Positions 28,662 to 37,473 of a stretch of DNA of 64,000 nucleotides are shown here, piece after piece. The notes beneath the pieces were generated by a model that did not search any database, was not told the origin of the DNA, and saw nothing but the letters and a program-made list of their open reading frames with translations. A program made the position numbers and the translations under genes. Source of the stretch: a virus (taxonomy: Duplodnaviria; Caudoviricetes). The DNA is taken from IMG/VR virus record IMGVR_UViG_3300044695_001846, positions 1 through 64,000 of that record. One strand, 5' to 3'. Numbering within the stretch: the first letter of the stretch is position 1; every line of letters begins with the position of its first letter.

Positions 28662-29033
28662 ATGGATTATCTAGAAGGATTACAAAAACTGCCAAACAAG
28701 CCAAAAGTAAGCTACGTTGAAAACGATGCTGAATATGGTCTATATGTTTGGAAAACAGAAACAGGCAGAGTATTTGGAGATGGAGATGGAAGTTTTATGA
28801 ACATTCCAGCCAGAAAATATGATTTAACTGCTATTAATAGAATTACACAAGCTGCAGCACATTACGGAGCTGGTCCAGGCAAGGCAGTATTTATGCCAGG
28901 AGTTACAAGAATTACAGAAGAAGAGCATTCTGTTCAAATTGACAGAATGAAGCAGGGCTATATTCCAAGTGAATTCGATACTGGTGCTTTTGCTGATGCT
29001 GCAAGGGGGCTAAAAGAGCATGGAAATGACTAA
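28662..29033 (+). CDS. Hypothetical protein upstream of the portal
   Basis: 123-aa ORF starting 6 nt after TGGTACAAT. Confidence 0.7.
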   Translation: MDYLEGLQKLPNKPKVSYVENDAEYGLYVWKTETGRVFGDGDGSFMNIPARKYDLTAINRITQAAAHYGAGPGKAVFMPGVTRITEEEHSVQIDRMKQGYIPSEFDTGAFADAARGLKEHGND

Positions 29034-30579
29034 TGAAGTAATTGCTAGAATTGATAATCTAGACAAGAATAAGCCATCTGCAAATAAAACAGATGACTTT
29101 ATGACAGAATCAGATCTTGTAAAAAGTTTTGATGGAATTGATGCAAACTTTAAACGCAGAATTACAAGAATGAACAAGGCTTACACTGGTCAAGATGGTG
29201 TAAAGTCTAAGCAATTATTTCCAGAGCAAGACGTAACCACAGCCTATGGTCTTTTTGATGTCGTGTTGCCACCTTATAATCTTGACGAACTAGCATTCTT
29301 TTTTGATAATTCATTTGCAAACCATGCTGCAATTAATGCAAAAGTTGCAAACACAGTTGGTCTTGGATATGGGTTTATAATGTCTGACATTGTTAAAGCA
29401 AGAATAGAAGAGATTGAAGACACAAATCAAAGAGTTAGGGCTCAGAGAAAAGTTGAAAGAGCTAAGTCTGAATTAGGTAATTGGCTTGAAGAACTAAATG
29501 ATGAAGATACCTTTACCCATGTCCTTGAAAAAGCAATGACAGATTATGAAGCAACTGGTAATGGATACATTGAAATTGGAAGAAAGAATACTGGGGAGAT
29601 TGGGTATATCGGTCATATCCCTGCAACAACAGTTCGTGTAAGACGTATGCGTGATGGATATGTTCAGATTGTAAATCAAAGAGTAGTCTTCTTTAAAAAC
29701 TTTCAAGACAAAAAAACAGTAAATCCAGTAACTACAGATCAAAGACCAAATGAACTTATTCATATTAAAAAGTATAGTCCTAAGAATACATACTATGGAG
29801 TTCCAGATGTTGTGTCTGCTGCAACCTCAGTAGTTGGAGACCAACTTGCTGCAAGATATAATATTGATTATTTTGAGAATAAAGCAGTGCCAAGATACAT
29901 TGTTACACTAAAGGGTGCAAAGCTAAGTTCAGAAGCAGAAGATAAGTTGTTTAGATTCCTACAGTCTGGTCTTCGTGGACAGAATCATAGAACTCTTTAC
30001 ATCCCACTTCCTGGAGACGGTCCAGACAACAAAGTTGAATTTAAAATGGAACCAGTTGAAAATGGAATTCAAGAAGGATCATTTGATAAATACAGAACTT
30101 CAAATGTTCATGATATTCTTATGGCACACCAGGTTCCAATTTCTAAAGTTGGTTCAGATCCTGGTAGTTCGATTGCATCAGCACTCGTATCTGATAGAAC
30201 ATTTAAAGAACAGGTAGCAAGACCAGCTCAAAAGAATTTAGAAAAAACAATCAATAAGCTTATTAAAGAAAAGACAGACATTCTTTTGCTAAAGTTTAAT
30301 GAATTAACTTTGACTGATGAAAATACTCAGAGTCAAATTGATGAAAGATATCTAAGAGCACAAGTTGTTGTTCCAAATGATATTAGACCTAGACTTGGAC
30401 TCCCAGTAGTTCCACAAGGAGACGCTCCAGTAGTTATGACCCCTCAACAACGTGCAGAGCAAAATGCTCAAATGTCTGGAACAAGACAAAGAGATCAACA
30501 AAGAACGGACCAAGCTTCAGATTCAACTGCAACGACAACAGGAAGAAATCCTGGTGGCGAAGGAAGATCTGTAGTATAA
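29020..30579 (+). CDS. Portal protein
   Basis: DYEATGNGYIE, HIPATTVR, NELIHIK.YSP.NTYYGVP, YFENKAVP; position before protease and capsid. Confidence 0.9.
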   Translation: MEMTNEVIARIDNLDKNKPSANKTDDFMTESDLVKSFDGIDANFKRRITRMNKAYTGQDGVKSKQLFPEQDVTTAYGLFDVVLPPYNLDELAFFFDNSFANHAAINAKVANTVGLGYGFIMSDIVKARIEEIEDTNQRVRAQRKVERAKSELGNWLEELNDEDTFTHVLEKAMTDYEATGNGYIEIGRKNTGEIGYIGHIPATTVRVRRMRDGYVQIVNQRVVFFKNFQDKKTVNPVTTDQRPNELIHIKKYSPKNTYYGVPDVVSAATSVVGDQLAARYNIDYFENKAVPRYIVTLKGAKLSSEAEDKLFRFLQSGLRGQNHRTLYIPLPGDGPDNKVEFKMEPVENGIQEGSFDKYRTSNVHDILMAHQVPISKVGSDPGSSIASALVSDRTFKEQVARPAQKNLEKTINKLIKEKTDILLLKFNELTLTDENTQSQIDERYLRAQVVVPNDIRPRLGLPVVPQGDAPVVMTPQQRAEQNAQMSGTRQRDQQRTDQASDSTATTTGRNPGGEGRSVV

Positions 30580-30628
30580 TATAACAATATTATAAAATAT
30601 AAAAAAATACATATATAATAGGAATAAC

Positions 30629-32026
30629 ATGACTAATTTAAGCAAGGCTTATTGGACATCAGATAACGATGATATCAAGTTATCAATGCCAATCGCTAAA
30701 GTAGATGTAGAGCGTAGAATCGTTTCTGGATTTGCTACGCTTGATAACATTGACAAGCAAGCAGACATTGTTCCTACTGATGTAAGTATAAAGGCTTTTG
30801 AAACATTCCGTGGCAACTTGAGAGAAATGCATCAGTCTATTGCAGTTGGCAAAGTTGTTAATTTTAGACAAGAAAAGTTTTTTGACAAGTCTACAGACAA
30901 ACTTTACAACGGTGTTTATGTAGACGCATATATTTCTAAAGGTGCTCAGGATACCTGGGAAAAGGTTCTTGATGGCACTCTTTCAGGTTTTTCAATTGGC
31001 GGAGTAATCAAAGATTCAGAAAATAGCTGGGATGAGAATATTGATAAGACAATTAGAATTGTTAAAGACTATGAACTTCATGAACTATCTTTAGTAGATA
31101 ATCCAGCAAATCAATTTGCAAATGTTGTGTCAATTCAGAAAGTTAATAAGGACGAACAAATTGATGGTATAATTGCAAAAGCAGATCTTGAAAATGTCTA
31201 CTGGTGTGAGAATGACGGTATCGTCAGACTTTCAGAAGTTGACGATTCAAGTTGCCCATCATGTGAAGTCAGTATGAAAAATATTGGTTTTGTTGAGACA
31301 AAGGATGTAGAGAAAGCTATGACAGTTAAATCAATTTTAAACAAGTTTATTGGTTCTACAGACCTTGCTAAATCTGAAGATGTTTCCGAAACCCCACAAA
31401 CTTCAGGCGAAACGCTTGAATCAGCGATTGACAATAATGCGTCAATTGTTAAAAACAATATAGAGGAGGAGAACAACGTGTCAGAAGATAATACAGTAGT
31501 AGAAGAGACCGTTGAAGAAGTTGCAGCTGAAGAAGCTGTTAATGAAGCTCCTGCCGAAGAAACCGTAGAAAAGTCAGTTGACGCAGTTGACGCTGTTGAG
31601 GAAACAGTAGCTAAGTCTGCTGATCCAGAAGAAGCACCTGCAGAAGAAGTTGCAGAAGAAGTTGCTTCTGATGAAGTTGAAGTTGAGAAGTCTGTTATTG
31701 CAGAAGATACAACCGATTCTGAGCTTGTAAAAGCTGTTGACGAAATTAAGGTTTCAGTAACAGAGGCAGTGAGTGAACTTGTTTCAACAATTAAGTCACT
31801 AAATGAAGAGATTGCAGACCTTAAAAAGGGTCACGCCACAGTAGCAGAAGAAGTTGCTGGAGTAAGAGGCAGTCTTGAAGAGTTTGGAAAGCGTGTGGAT
31901 GGTCTAGAAGACGATACCGCTGTCCGTAAGTCTGGCGATCTTGGCGGGATCGTTCAGGGAAATACAATAAGAAAAGGGTCTATGTGGGGTGGACGTTTCC
32001 TAAATTCCGCTGACCTATATCATTAA
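30629..32026 (+). CDS. Prohead protease (HK97-type) fused to an acidic scaffold region
   Basis: RIVSGFATLD..D, REMH, GFSIGG, ELSLVDNPAN; Glu-rich coiled-coil C-terminal half. Confidence 0.88.
   Translation: MTNLSKAYWTSDNDDIKLSMPIAKVDVERRIVSGFATLDNIDKQADIVPTDVSIKAFETFRGNLREMHQSIAVGKVVNFRQEKFFDKSTDKLYNGVYVDAYISKGAQDTWEKVLDGTLSGFSIGGVIKDSENSWDENIDKTIRIVKDYELHELSLVDNPANQFANVVSIQKVNKDEQIDGIIAKADLENVYWCENDGIVRLSEVDDSSCPSCEVSMKNIGFVETKDVEKAMTVKSILNKFIGSTDLAKSEDVSETPQTSGETLESAIDNNASIVKNNIEEENNVSEDNTVVEETVEEVAAEEAVNEAPAEETVEKSVDAVDAVEETVAKSADPEEAPAEEVAEEVASDEVEVEKSVIAEDTTDSELVKAVDEIKVSVTEAVSELVSTIKSLNEEIADLKKGHATVAEEVAGVRGSLEEFGKRVDGLEDDTAVRKSGDLGGIVQGNTIRKGSMWGGRFLNSADLYH
31478..32026 (+). CDS. Putative nested scaffolding protein from an internal in-frame GTG start
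   Basis: GAGGAGGAG at 31463-31471, 6 nt before in-frame GTG 31478 (MSEDNTVVEE...). Confidence 0.6.
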   Translation: MSEDNTVVEETVEEVAAEEAVNEAPAEETVEKSVDAVDAVEETVAKSADPEEAPAEEVAEEVASDEVEVEKSVIAEDTTDSELVKAVDEIKVSVTEAVSELVSTIKSLNEEIADLKKGHATVAEEVAGVRGSLEEFGKRVDGLEDDTAVRKSGDLGGIVQGNTIRKGSMWGGRFLNSADLYH

Positions 32027-32050
32027 GAGAAACTGGAGGTGAAATAAAAA

Positions 32051-33046
32051 ATGACAGAAAATAATGAAATTTTAGAAAAAGCGGCTGCAGCTGGTACTAT
32101 CGCATCTGGTGGTATTGGTGGAGTAAGTACTCCAGCAGCTGGAATTCTTGACAATACTAACCCAGTTGGTGATCTAGTGTCTGATGGCGGTATTTTGCAG
32201 CCTGAACAGTCACGTCAGTTTATTGAGTATATCTTTGAACAGCAGGTTCTAGCCCAAGATGGTCGTAGAGTCACAATGAGAGCTAACACAACTGAACTTG
32301 AGAAGATGAATGTTGGAGAGCGTGTAATCCGTGCAGCAGCACAGGCAGACGCAACCTACACTAACGCTGATGTACAGTTTACAAAGGTTACTCTTACAAC
32401 CAAGAAGATTCGTCTTGATTGGGAAGTTTCGACTGAAGCTCTTGAAGATAATATCGAAGGTGCTGGTCTGGAGGATCACTTGGTCCGTACAATGACCCGT
32501 GCGTTTGCTAACGATCTTGAAGATCTAGCCATCAATGGTACAGGAACTGGTACAAACAACTTCCTGAACATCCTTGAAGGTTTCGTATCAATCGAAGCCG
32601 ATGGTAATTCAGCAACTTATGGTACAACTATCGAAAGTTTGCAGGGACTTGTTCTTGCAATGCCTCGTAAGTACCGTGGTTCCCGTTCAAACATGAAGTT
32701 CTATGCAGACACTGAAACCGTTGCTGCAATAATCAACGGTCTTGGTTCTTCTGGTAACTTGAATTCAGAGCGTATCATTGAACGTGTAGTTGATGGAGTT
32801 GCTCCGTCAACTCTTGGTGCACCAATTCAATATCGTGTTCTAGGTCTTCCATTGGTTGAAGTTCCTTTGATGCCAGCTGGTTATGTATCACTTACATTCC
32901 CAGAAAACCGCATCTGGGGCTTCCAGAGAGACGTAACAGTACACCGTGAGTTCAAGCCAAAGAAGGATACAGTAGAATATACCGTATTCCTACGCTTTGG
33001 TGTAGCAGTTGAAGAAACTGATGCAGTAGCATTCATGCAAGACTAA
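32051..33046 (+). CDS. Major capsid protein (HK97 fold)
   Basis: GGILQPEQSRQFI, KKIRLDWEVSTEALEDNIEG, FANDLEDLAINGT; GGAGG RBS; strongly biased codon usage. Confidence 0.9.
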   Translation: MTENNEILEKAAAAGTIASGGIGGVSTPAAGILDNTNPVGDLVSDGGILQPEQSRQFIEYIFEQQVLAQDGRRVTMRANTTELEKMNVGERVIRAAAQADATYTNADVQFTKVTLTTKKIRLDWEVSTEALEDNIEGAGLEDHLVRTMTRAFANDLEDLAINGTGTGTNNFLNILEGFVSIEADGNSATYGTTIESLQGLVLAMPRKYRGSRSNMKFYADTETVAAIINGLGSSGNLNSERIIERVVDGVAPSTLGAPIQYRVLGLPLVEVPLMPAGYVSLTFPENRIWGFQRDVTVHREFKPKKDTVEYTVFLRFGVAVEETDAVAFMQD

Positions 33047-33060
33047 TTATAGTCACACTT

Positions 33061-33090
33061 GGAGGGGAGGCATTAATTTGTCTCCCCTTC
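33061..33090 (+). terminator. Stem-loop after the capsid gene (probable terminator)
   Basis: GGAGGGGAGGCA-TTAATT-TGTCTCCCCTTC inverted repeat; weak U-tract. Confidence 0.65.
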
Positions 33091-33126
33091 ATCTATTTAT
33101 GAATGATATAATAATATAGATGTATT

Positions 33127-33318
33127 ATGACAAAAGTTAAAGATAATCTTGTTTGTTTATTTGTAGAAAATGCAAGTATCTATGAAAAAACTCTTGGTAA
33201 ACTTAACAGAGGATATAATGTTGTAAGTAAAGAAGATGCTGATATCTGGGTTAGTAAATTCCCCAAAATTAGAGTCACATCTCCAGAGGAGGTAGCCGAA
33301 GCTTTCGGTGTTAAATAA
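33127..33318 (+). CDS. Small hypothetical head/neck protein
   Basis: 63-aa ORF coupled to the adaptor gene; downstream of TGATATAAT. Confidence 0.6.
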   Translation: MTKVKDNLVCLFVENASIYEKTLGKLNRGYNVVSKEDADIWVSKFPKIRVTSPEEVAEAFGVK

Positions 33319-34190
33319 TGGAAGTTTTAAGAATTAATGGGGGTATCCCAACAGCTTTGTTTTCAGGTCTTGTTCCAAATAGCCTGTACACCCTTGAGTA
33401 TTCAGACATTTTAACAGATGTAGTTGTTTCAGCAAGTGCTACTGCAAACGCAACTGGAGAAGTATCCTTCCTACTTAATGAAAAGTACGCATCGTATGAT
33501 GCAGTTTTAGATGCAAATGTTTATGACTATTTAGATGAAGTAGTTGTTGCTACAAATATTGATGTTGTTAGACCATACACAAACATCTCTACCCTTGCCA
33601 CAGATTTAAATAAAACTGTTACACAGGTAAAAGAAATGGAAAGAATTGCAAGGTACATCATTGATTCAGAAGTTTCTCAAGGATTTGGATATGTTAGAAA
33701 AGAAAAAGAAATTGTTGGCAATGGATCTGACTATCTAGTAGTTAATGAAAAGATTAATAAACTTTACAAGGTGTATGAAAATGGAACTCTTTTATATGAT
33801 TCAACATCAGATACTAATGAATTAAATTTTACAATTAGCAAAGATAAGACTTCTATAGTTCCACTACACGAAGAAAGCAATAAAACAGAATACCCACAGG
33901 TATGGAGAGATAGATATTTGTCTAGAGCTTTTTCTGATGGGTATGATTATGTAATTGATGCAGACTTTGGATACAAAGTAGTCCCTCAGGATATTCAAGA
34001 AGCTACAAGACTTTTGTGCTCAGACATCTCAAGTGATAATATGAAGTATCTTAATAAGTATATTGAGTCATTTGATAATGATGACTTTAAGATTAAATTT
34101 GCAAAGAACTTCAATGCTAGCACAGGAAATCTTGTAGTAGATAGAATTTTAACAAAGTATAAGAATAATATTCGTATCGGGGTGTTATAA
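33318..34190 (+). CDS. Head-tail adaptor/connector
   Basis: ERIARYIIDS, GYKVVPQDIQEAT..L, TGNLVVDRIL.KY; position after capsid. Confidence 0.7.
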   Translation: MEVLRINGGIPTALFSGLVPNSLYTLEYSDILTDVVVSASATANATGEVSFLLNEKYASYDAVLDANVYDYLDEVVVATNIDVVRPYTNISTLATDLNKTVTQVKEMERIARYIIDSEVSQGFGYVRKEKEIVGNGSDYLVVNEKINKLYKVYENGTLLYDSTSDTNELNFTISKDKTSIVPLHEESNKTEYPQVWRDRYLSRAFSDGYDYVIDADFGYKVVPQDIQEATRLLCSDISSDNMKYLNKYIESFDNDDFKIKFAKNFNASTGNLVVDRILTKYKNNIRIGVL

Positions 34191-34664
34191 ATGCTTTTTA
34201 ATTCAGCCTTTGATGATATTTTTTATCCAATGACTGCTGATATTTACTACGCAGTAGAAACACAGTCTGAATATGGAAATATGACAAGAACTTGGCAATT
34301 TGACAGAACTGTAAATTGTTCAGCAATTACTGCTACTTCTGGAGTTTTGACTGCAGAGCTAAGGGTAAAGGATAAGTTTTTAGATTATGAATCATCTTTA
34401 TTCTTTAGAACAAATGAAGATATAAGAAAAAGTACTTCTGGAAAATACTATCCAATAACAGCAACTGCAGTTACAAATATGAGAGATCCAAATGGTGATC
34501 CAGTATGGATTAATGCAGAAAATCTTAAAACAAAAGCTGAAACTGTTAAGACAAAGTATGAAGTTAAAACAATCATTCCAAGCTTTGACATGTTTCATAA
34601 CATTGGAATGTATAGAGTATTCTTAAATCGTTCAGCTAATCAAAAGTGGGATATACCAGAATGA
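34191..34664 (+). CDS. Head closure/stopper protein
   Basis: YPMTADIY....Q..YG...TW; synteny. Confidence 0.55.
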   Translation: MLFNSAFDDIFYPMTADIYYAVETQSEYGNMTRTWQFDRTVNCSAITATSGVLTAELRVKDKFLDYESSLFFRTNEDIRKSTSGKYYPITATAVTNMRDPNGDPVWINAENLKTKAETVKTKYEVKTIIPSFDMFHNIGMYRVFLNRSANQKWDIPE

Positions 34665-35350
34665 TAACAGCTAGAATCAAGGGTGATGACGTTATAAGAA
34701 TGCTTAGAAATTCTGTAGAGTATTCAAGTTCTTTTATGACAGAGTTAAAAGGAAATCAAGATATTTTAAATGCAAAAGTTGGTGAAGAATCAGTTGATGC
34801 TTTCTACGATTACCTTGATGGTCTTGCAAGGCTTCATCCAGGAATGCTACACCATGTCTACGAATGGGGGCAAGTCGGAGATCCAATGGGAAGACTCTTT
34901 GATTTAACAATGTCCCCTAATAAAACATCTGCAGTAATTACTGCTGAATTCTTAGAATCTGATGTACCATCTCCAACATCTTCAGAACCTTTTTATGACA
35001 AGGCACAAATTATGGAAGATGGAAGAACTGTAACAATTAATCAAGTTGAGGCAAAGGCACTATTCTTCGAAATAGATGGTGAAGAATTTTTTAGAAGCGG
35101 TCCAATTGTAATTGCAAATCCTGGAGGAGAAGCTACAAGAGGATCTTTCTTACAAGCATTTGATGAATTCTATGGATCTTATTTTACAGAAGTACATTTA
35201 AAGGCAATAAGATTTTATAAATATTTTTCAAATCCAAAAACATTTGAAACTTACTTTGGTTCTGCTGCTAGGGGTGGAGCTAAATCAAAAGGTAAAAAAG
35301 CTGCACTATCATGGATTATGAACGCACCAGGAGGAAGAAATGGTTTATAG
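34661..35350 (+). CDS. Neck/tail completion protein
   Basis: LHHVYEW..G...RLF and F..KA..ME.G motifs; synteny; ATG 34661 overlaps the upstream stop. Confidence 0.5.
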   Translation: MITARIKGDDVIRMLRNSVEYSSSFMTELKGNQDILNAKVGEESVDAFYDYLDGLARLHPGMLHHVYEWGQVGDPMGRLFDLTMSPNKTSAVITAEFLESDVPSPTSSEPFYDKAQIMEDGRTVTINQVEAKALFFEIDGEEFFRSGPIVIANPGGEATRGSFLQAFDEFYGSYFTEVHLKAIRFYKYFSNPKTFETYFGSAARGGAKSKGKKAALSWIMNAPGGRNGL

Positions 35351-35918
35351 ACCAGAAAATATTATCAATCTTTATGTTTGGGAACAGTTTAAAACTCACG
35401 CCCCTGCATTCTACAACCTCTATGGTCCAACTTCTGGAGGGGCAGACATTATCCCCTTTTTCCCTGCACCAGCAAACAACCTGCCAACTGCTGTAATTGA
35501 CAATGACCTACCTTATGTTATGTTTGATAAGTTTAGTAGAATCCGTGGGGGCTATAAATATTTCTACCCTATCAAGACTGACCAAATGAGATATACAATC
35601 GTTGGTGGCTCTCTGTACGACATTAACAGGAACCAGCAGGACAGGTATGCAACAACTATAAACCTTACAAGTCTTATTCAAAATATCCTAGATAGAGAAG
35701 ATGATGCAGCTCAGGATATTAATGAATTTACCAAGACTTTGCCAGATTATAACAATCCTAATTATCCAGAATTAAACAAATATTACTTCCATTGTGTTAA
35801 TGTTTACCAGTCAGGGTTTACAGATACACAACAAGATGTCTCTGATTTTATGGAATATAATCCAACTAGAGACCTTATTATCAAATATGACTATCATTCC
35901 AAACAGTTTAATGAATGA
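35340..35918 (+). CDS. Putative tail terminator
   Basis: Position immediately before the tail tube gene. Confidence 0.45.
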   Translation: MVYRPENIINLYVWEQFKTHAPAFYNLYGPTSGGADIIPFFPAPANNLPTAVIDNDLPYVMFDKFSRIRGGYKYFYPIKTDQMRYTIVGGSLYDINRNQQDRYATTINLTSLIQNILDREDDAAQDINEFTKTLPDYNNPNYPELNKYYFHCVNVYQSGFTDTQQDVSDFMEYNPTRDLIIKYDYHSKQFNE

Positions 35919-35996
35919 TAAAAACTAGGGGTATACTTAACTTAGGAAACGCCAATCTCCCCATAAATTTTAAGACTAAAAAAGAGGTGAAAAAAT

Positions 35997-36701
35997 ATGG
36001 CAACTCGTGGAAATTCCAATCAAATTATCGTTGGTGCAGCCCAACTCTTCGTTTCGAAGCAGGGTCCACTAGAATATAGTAGTGCAAGTGCTGTTTACGG
36101 CTTTAGTGCTAGTCCTAATATCTCTGGATACCCTTCAATCAGTGCCTCTGGAGCTTATGCAGATAAGCTTGAAGCAGATAGCGCAAACTGGAGAAATGTA
36201 GGCTACACAATGAACGGCTTAGAAGTACAGTTCCAACCAGACTTCGGTGAAGTCCAGGTAGATCAGCTTCTTGACGTTGCAAAGCTTTACAAGCAAGGTA
36301 TGCAGGTAAGCATGGTAACAGCATTTGCTGAAGGTACACTTGAGAACCTTCTTGTTTCTATTGCAGCAGCAAACAGTACTTATGATGCTACTGGTGCAAC
36401 CATCAATAGCTCAGGAAGACTAACTGCTGGAGAAATTCAACTTGAATTAACAGCAGGTGAGCTAGGTGAAGTTCCTGTGGAACGTGCACTTATCGCCGTT
36501 GGTCCAGGTTCTGGTGATCCATCATCAACTGGTAATGCAAAGGTAGAGCGTGTTTATGTAGGCAATCGTGTTCTCTCAATTGAGAACGTAACTGTTTCTG
36601 CAAAGCGTGATACACCTTCTATGTATGAAGTTACATTCCGTTTGCTTCCAGCATCCAATGGTTCCTATGGCAAGATCGTTGATCGTGTCGTTGGTAACTA
36701 A
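35997..36701 (+). CDS. Major tail (tube) protein
   Basis: IIVGAAQLF, VGYTMNGLE..FQPDFGEVQVDQLLD, EVTFRLLP; GAGGTG RBS; followed by terminator and chaperones. Confidence 0.8.
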   Translation: MATRGNSNQIIVGAAQLFVSKQGPLEYSSASAVYGFSASPNISGYPSISASGAYADKLEADSANWRNVGYTMNGLEVQFQPDFGEVQVDQLLDVAKLYKQGMQVSMVTAFAEGTLENLLVSIAAANSTYDATGATINSSGRLTAGEIQLELTAGELGEVPVERALIAVGPGSGDPSSTGNAKVERVYVGNRVLSIENVTVSAKRDTPSMYEVTFRLLPASNGSYGKIVDRVVGN

Positions 36702-36720
36702 AAATTAAATATAGAAACTT

Positions 36721-36756
36721 TGCCCACCCCCTAAAAAGGGTGGGCATTGTTTGTTT
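36721..36756 (+). terminator. Rho-independent terminator after the tail tube gene
   Basis: TGCCCACCC...GGGTGGGCA perfect 9-bp stem followed by TTGTTTGTTT. Confidence 0.8.
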
Positions 36757-36769
36757 AATAAGCCTTTTA

Positions 36770-36778
36770 TGATATAAT
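36770..36778 (+). promoter_or_regulatory. Extended -10 promoter TGATATAAT for the chaperone/TMP operon
   Basis: Directly after the terminator and before the AGGAGG RBS. Confidence 0.7.
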
Positions 36779-36802
36779 TGAATATAATCTATAGGAGGAT
36801 TA

Positions 36803-37138
36803 ATGGCAACCAGTATTTACGAAGTTGTAGAAGTAGAACTATTAGATGGTTCACAAATTTCTATGAAACCGCTTAAGATTTCTTTATTGAGAGATTTTAT
36901 GAAAGAGTTTCAGAAGATATCAGATCCAAAGATTTCAGAAGACAATATTAAGTCAATGGATCTTTTGTTAAACTGTGCTGTTATTGCAATGAAGCAATAC
37001 AATGCAGAGTTGGCAACTAAGGAGCAGCTAGAAGACATCATGGATCTTCCAACTGTGTACAAGGTAATTGAAGTAGCTGCAGGGATTCAGTTAAATGACC
37101 CAAACGCACTGGCAGCGGCTCTAGTTGGGACGAACTAG
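36803..37138 (+). CDS. Tail assembly chaperone (G-like)
   Basis: Between tail tube and tape measure genes; AGGAGG RBS; contains slippery site C CCA AAC. Confidence 0.8.
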   Translation: MATSIYEVVEVELLDGSQISMKPLKISLLRDFMKEFQKISDPKISEDNIKSMDLLLNCAVIAMKQYNAELATKEQLEDIMDLPTVYKVIEVAAGIQLNDPNALAAALVGTN

Positions 37139-37473
37139 ATCTAGCTGAGATAGAATCTAGAGTATTTCTTCTGGGGTTCTGGAAGAATTATTCTGAAATG
37201 GAAGAAAGCATATCTATGCCTGAACTAGTAGCAATACTAGAAGCTAAAAATAAAGAAGATTACGAAAGTAAGAAATTTATGGCAGCACTTCAGGGAGTAA
37301 ATCTTGATTCCGATTCGTCTGAAAACAAATGGGAAGAAATGAAGGCTAGAGTGTATAGCGGTGGCGCAACCTCTAACCCAAATGATATCCTGGCTCTACA
37401 AGGACATGCTGCACAACGTGCTGGCTTTGGAATTGGAAATGGGCTAGATTATGAGGTGATCTATAGTGGCTGA
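37099..37473 (+). CDS. Tail assembly chaperone extension (GT-like), reached by -1 frameshift
   Basis: The -1 frame is open from 37099 (after TGA 37096-37098) to 37473: PKRTGSGSSWDELDLAEIESRVFLLGFWKNYSEMEES... Confidence 0.75.
   Translation, partial: PKRTGSGSSWDELDLAEIESRVFLLGFWKNYSEMEESISMPELVAILEAKNKEDYESKKFMAALQGVNLDSDSSENKWEEMKARVYSGGATSNPNDILALQGHAAQRAGFGIGNGLDYEVIYSG

Noticed and set aside
35919-35996. tRNA or structured ncRNA in intergenic gaps
   Set aside because: Gaps are short and explained by promoters, RBSs and hairpins; no cloverleaf or T-loop consensus recognised
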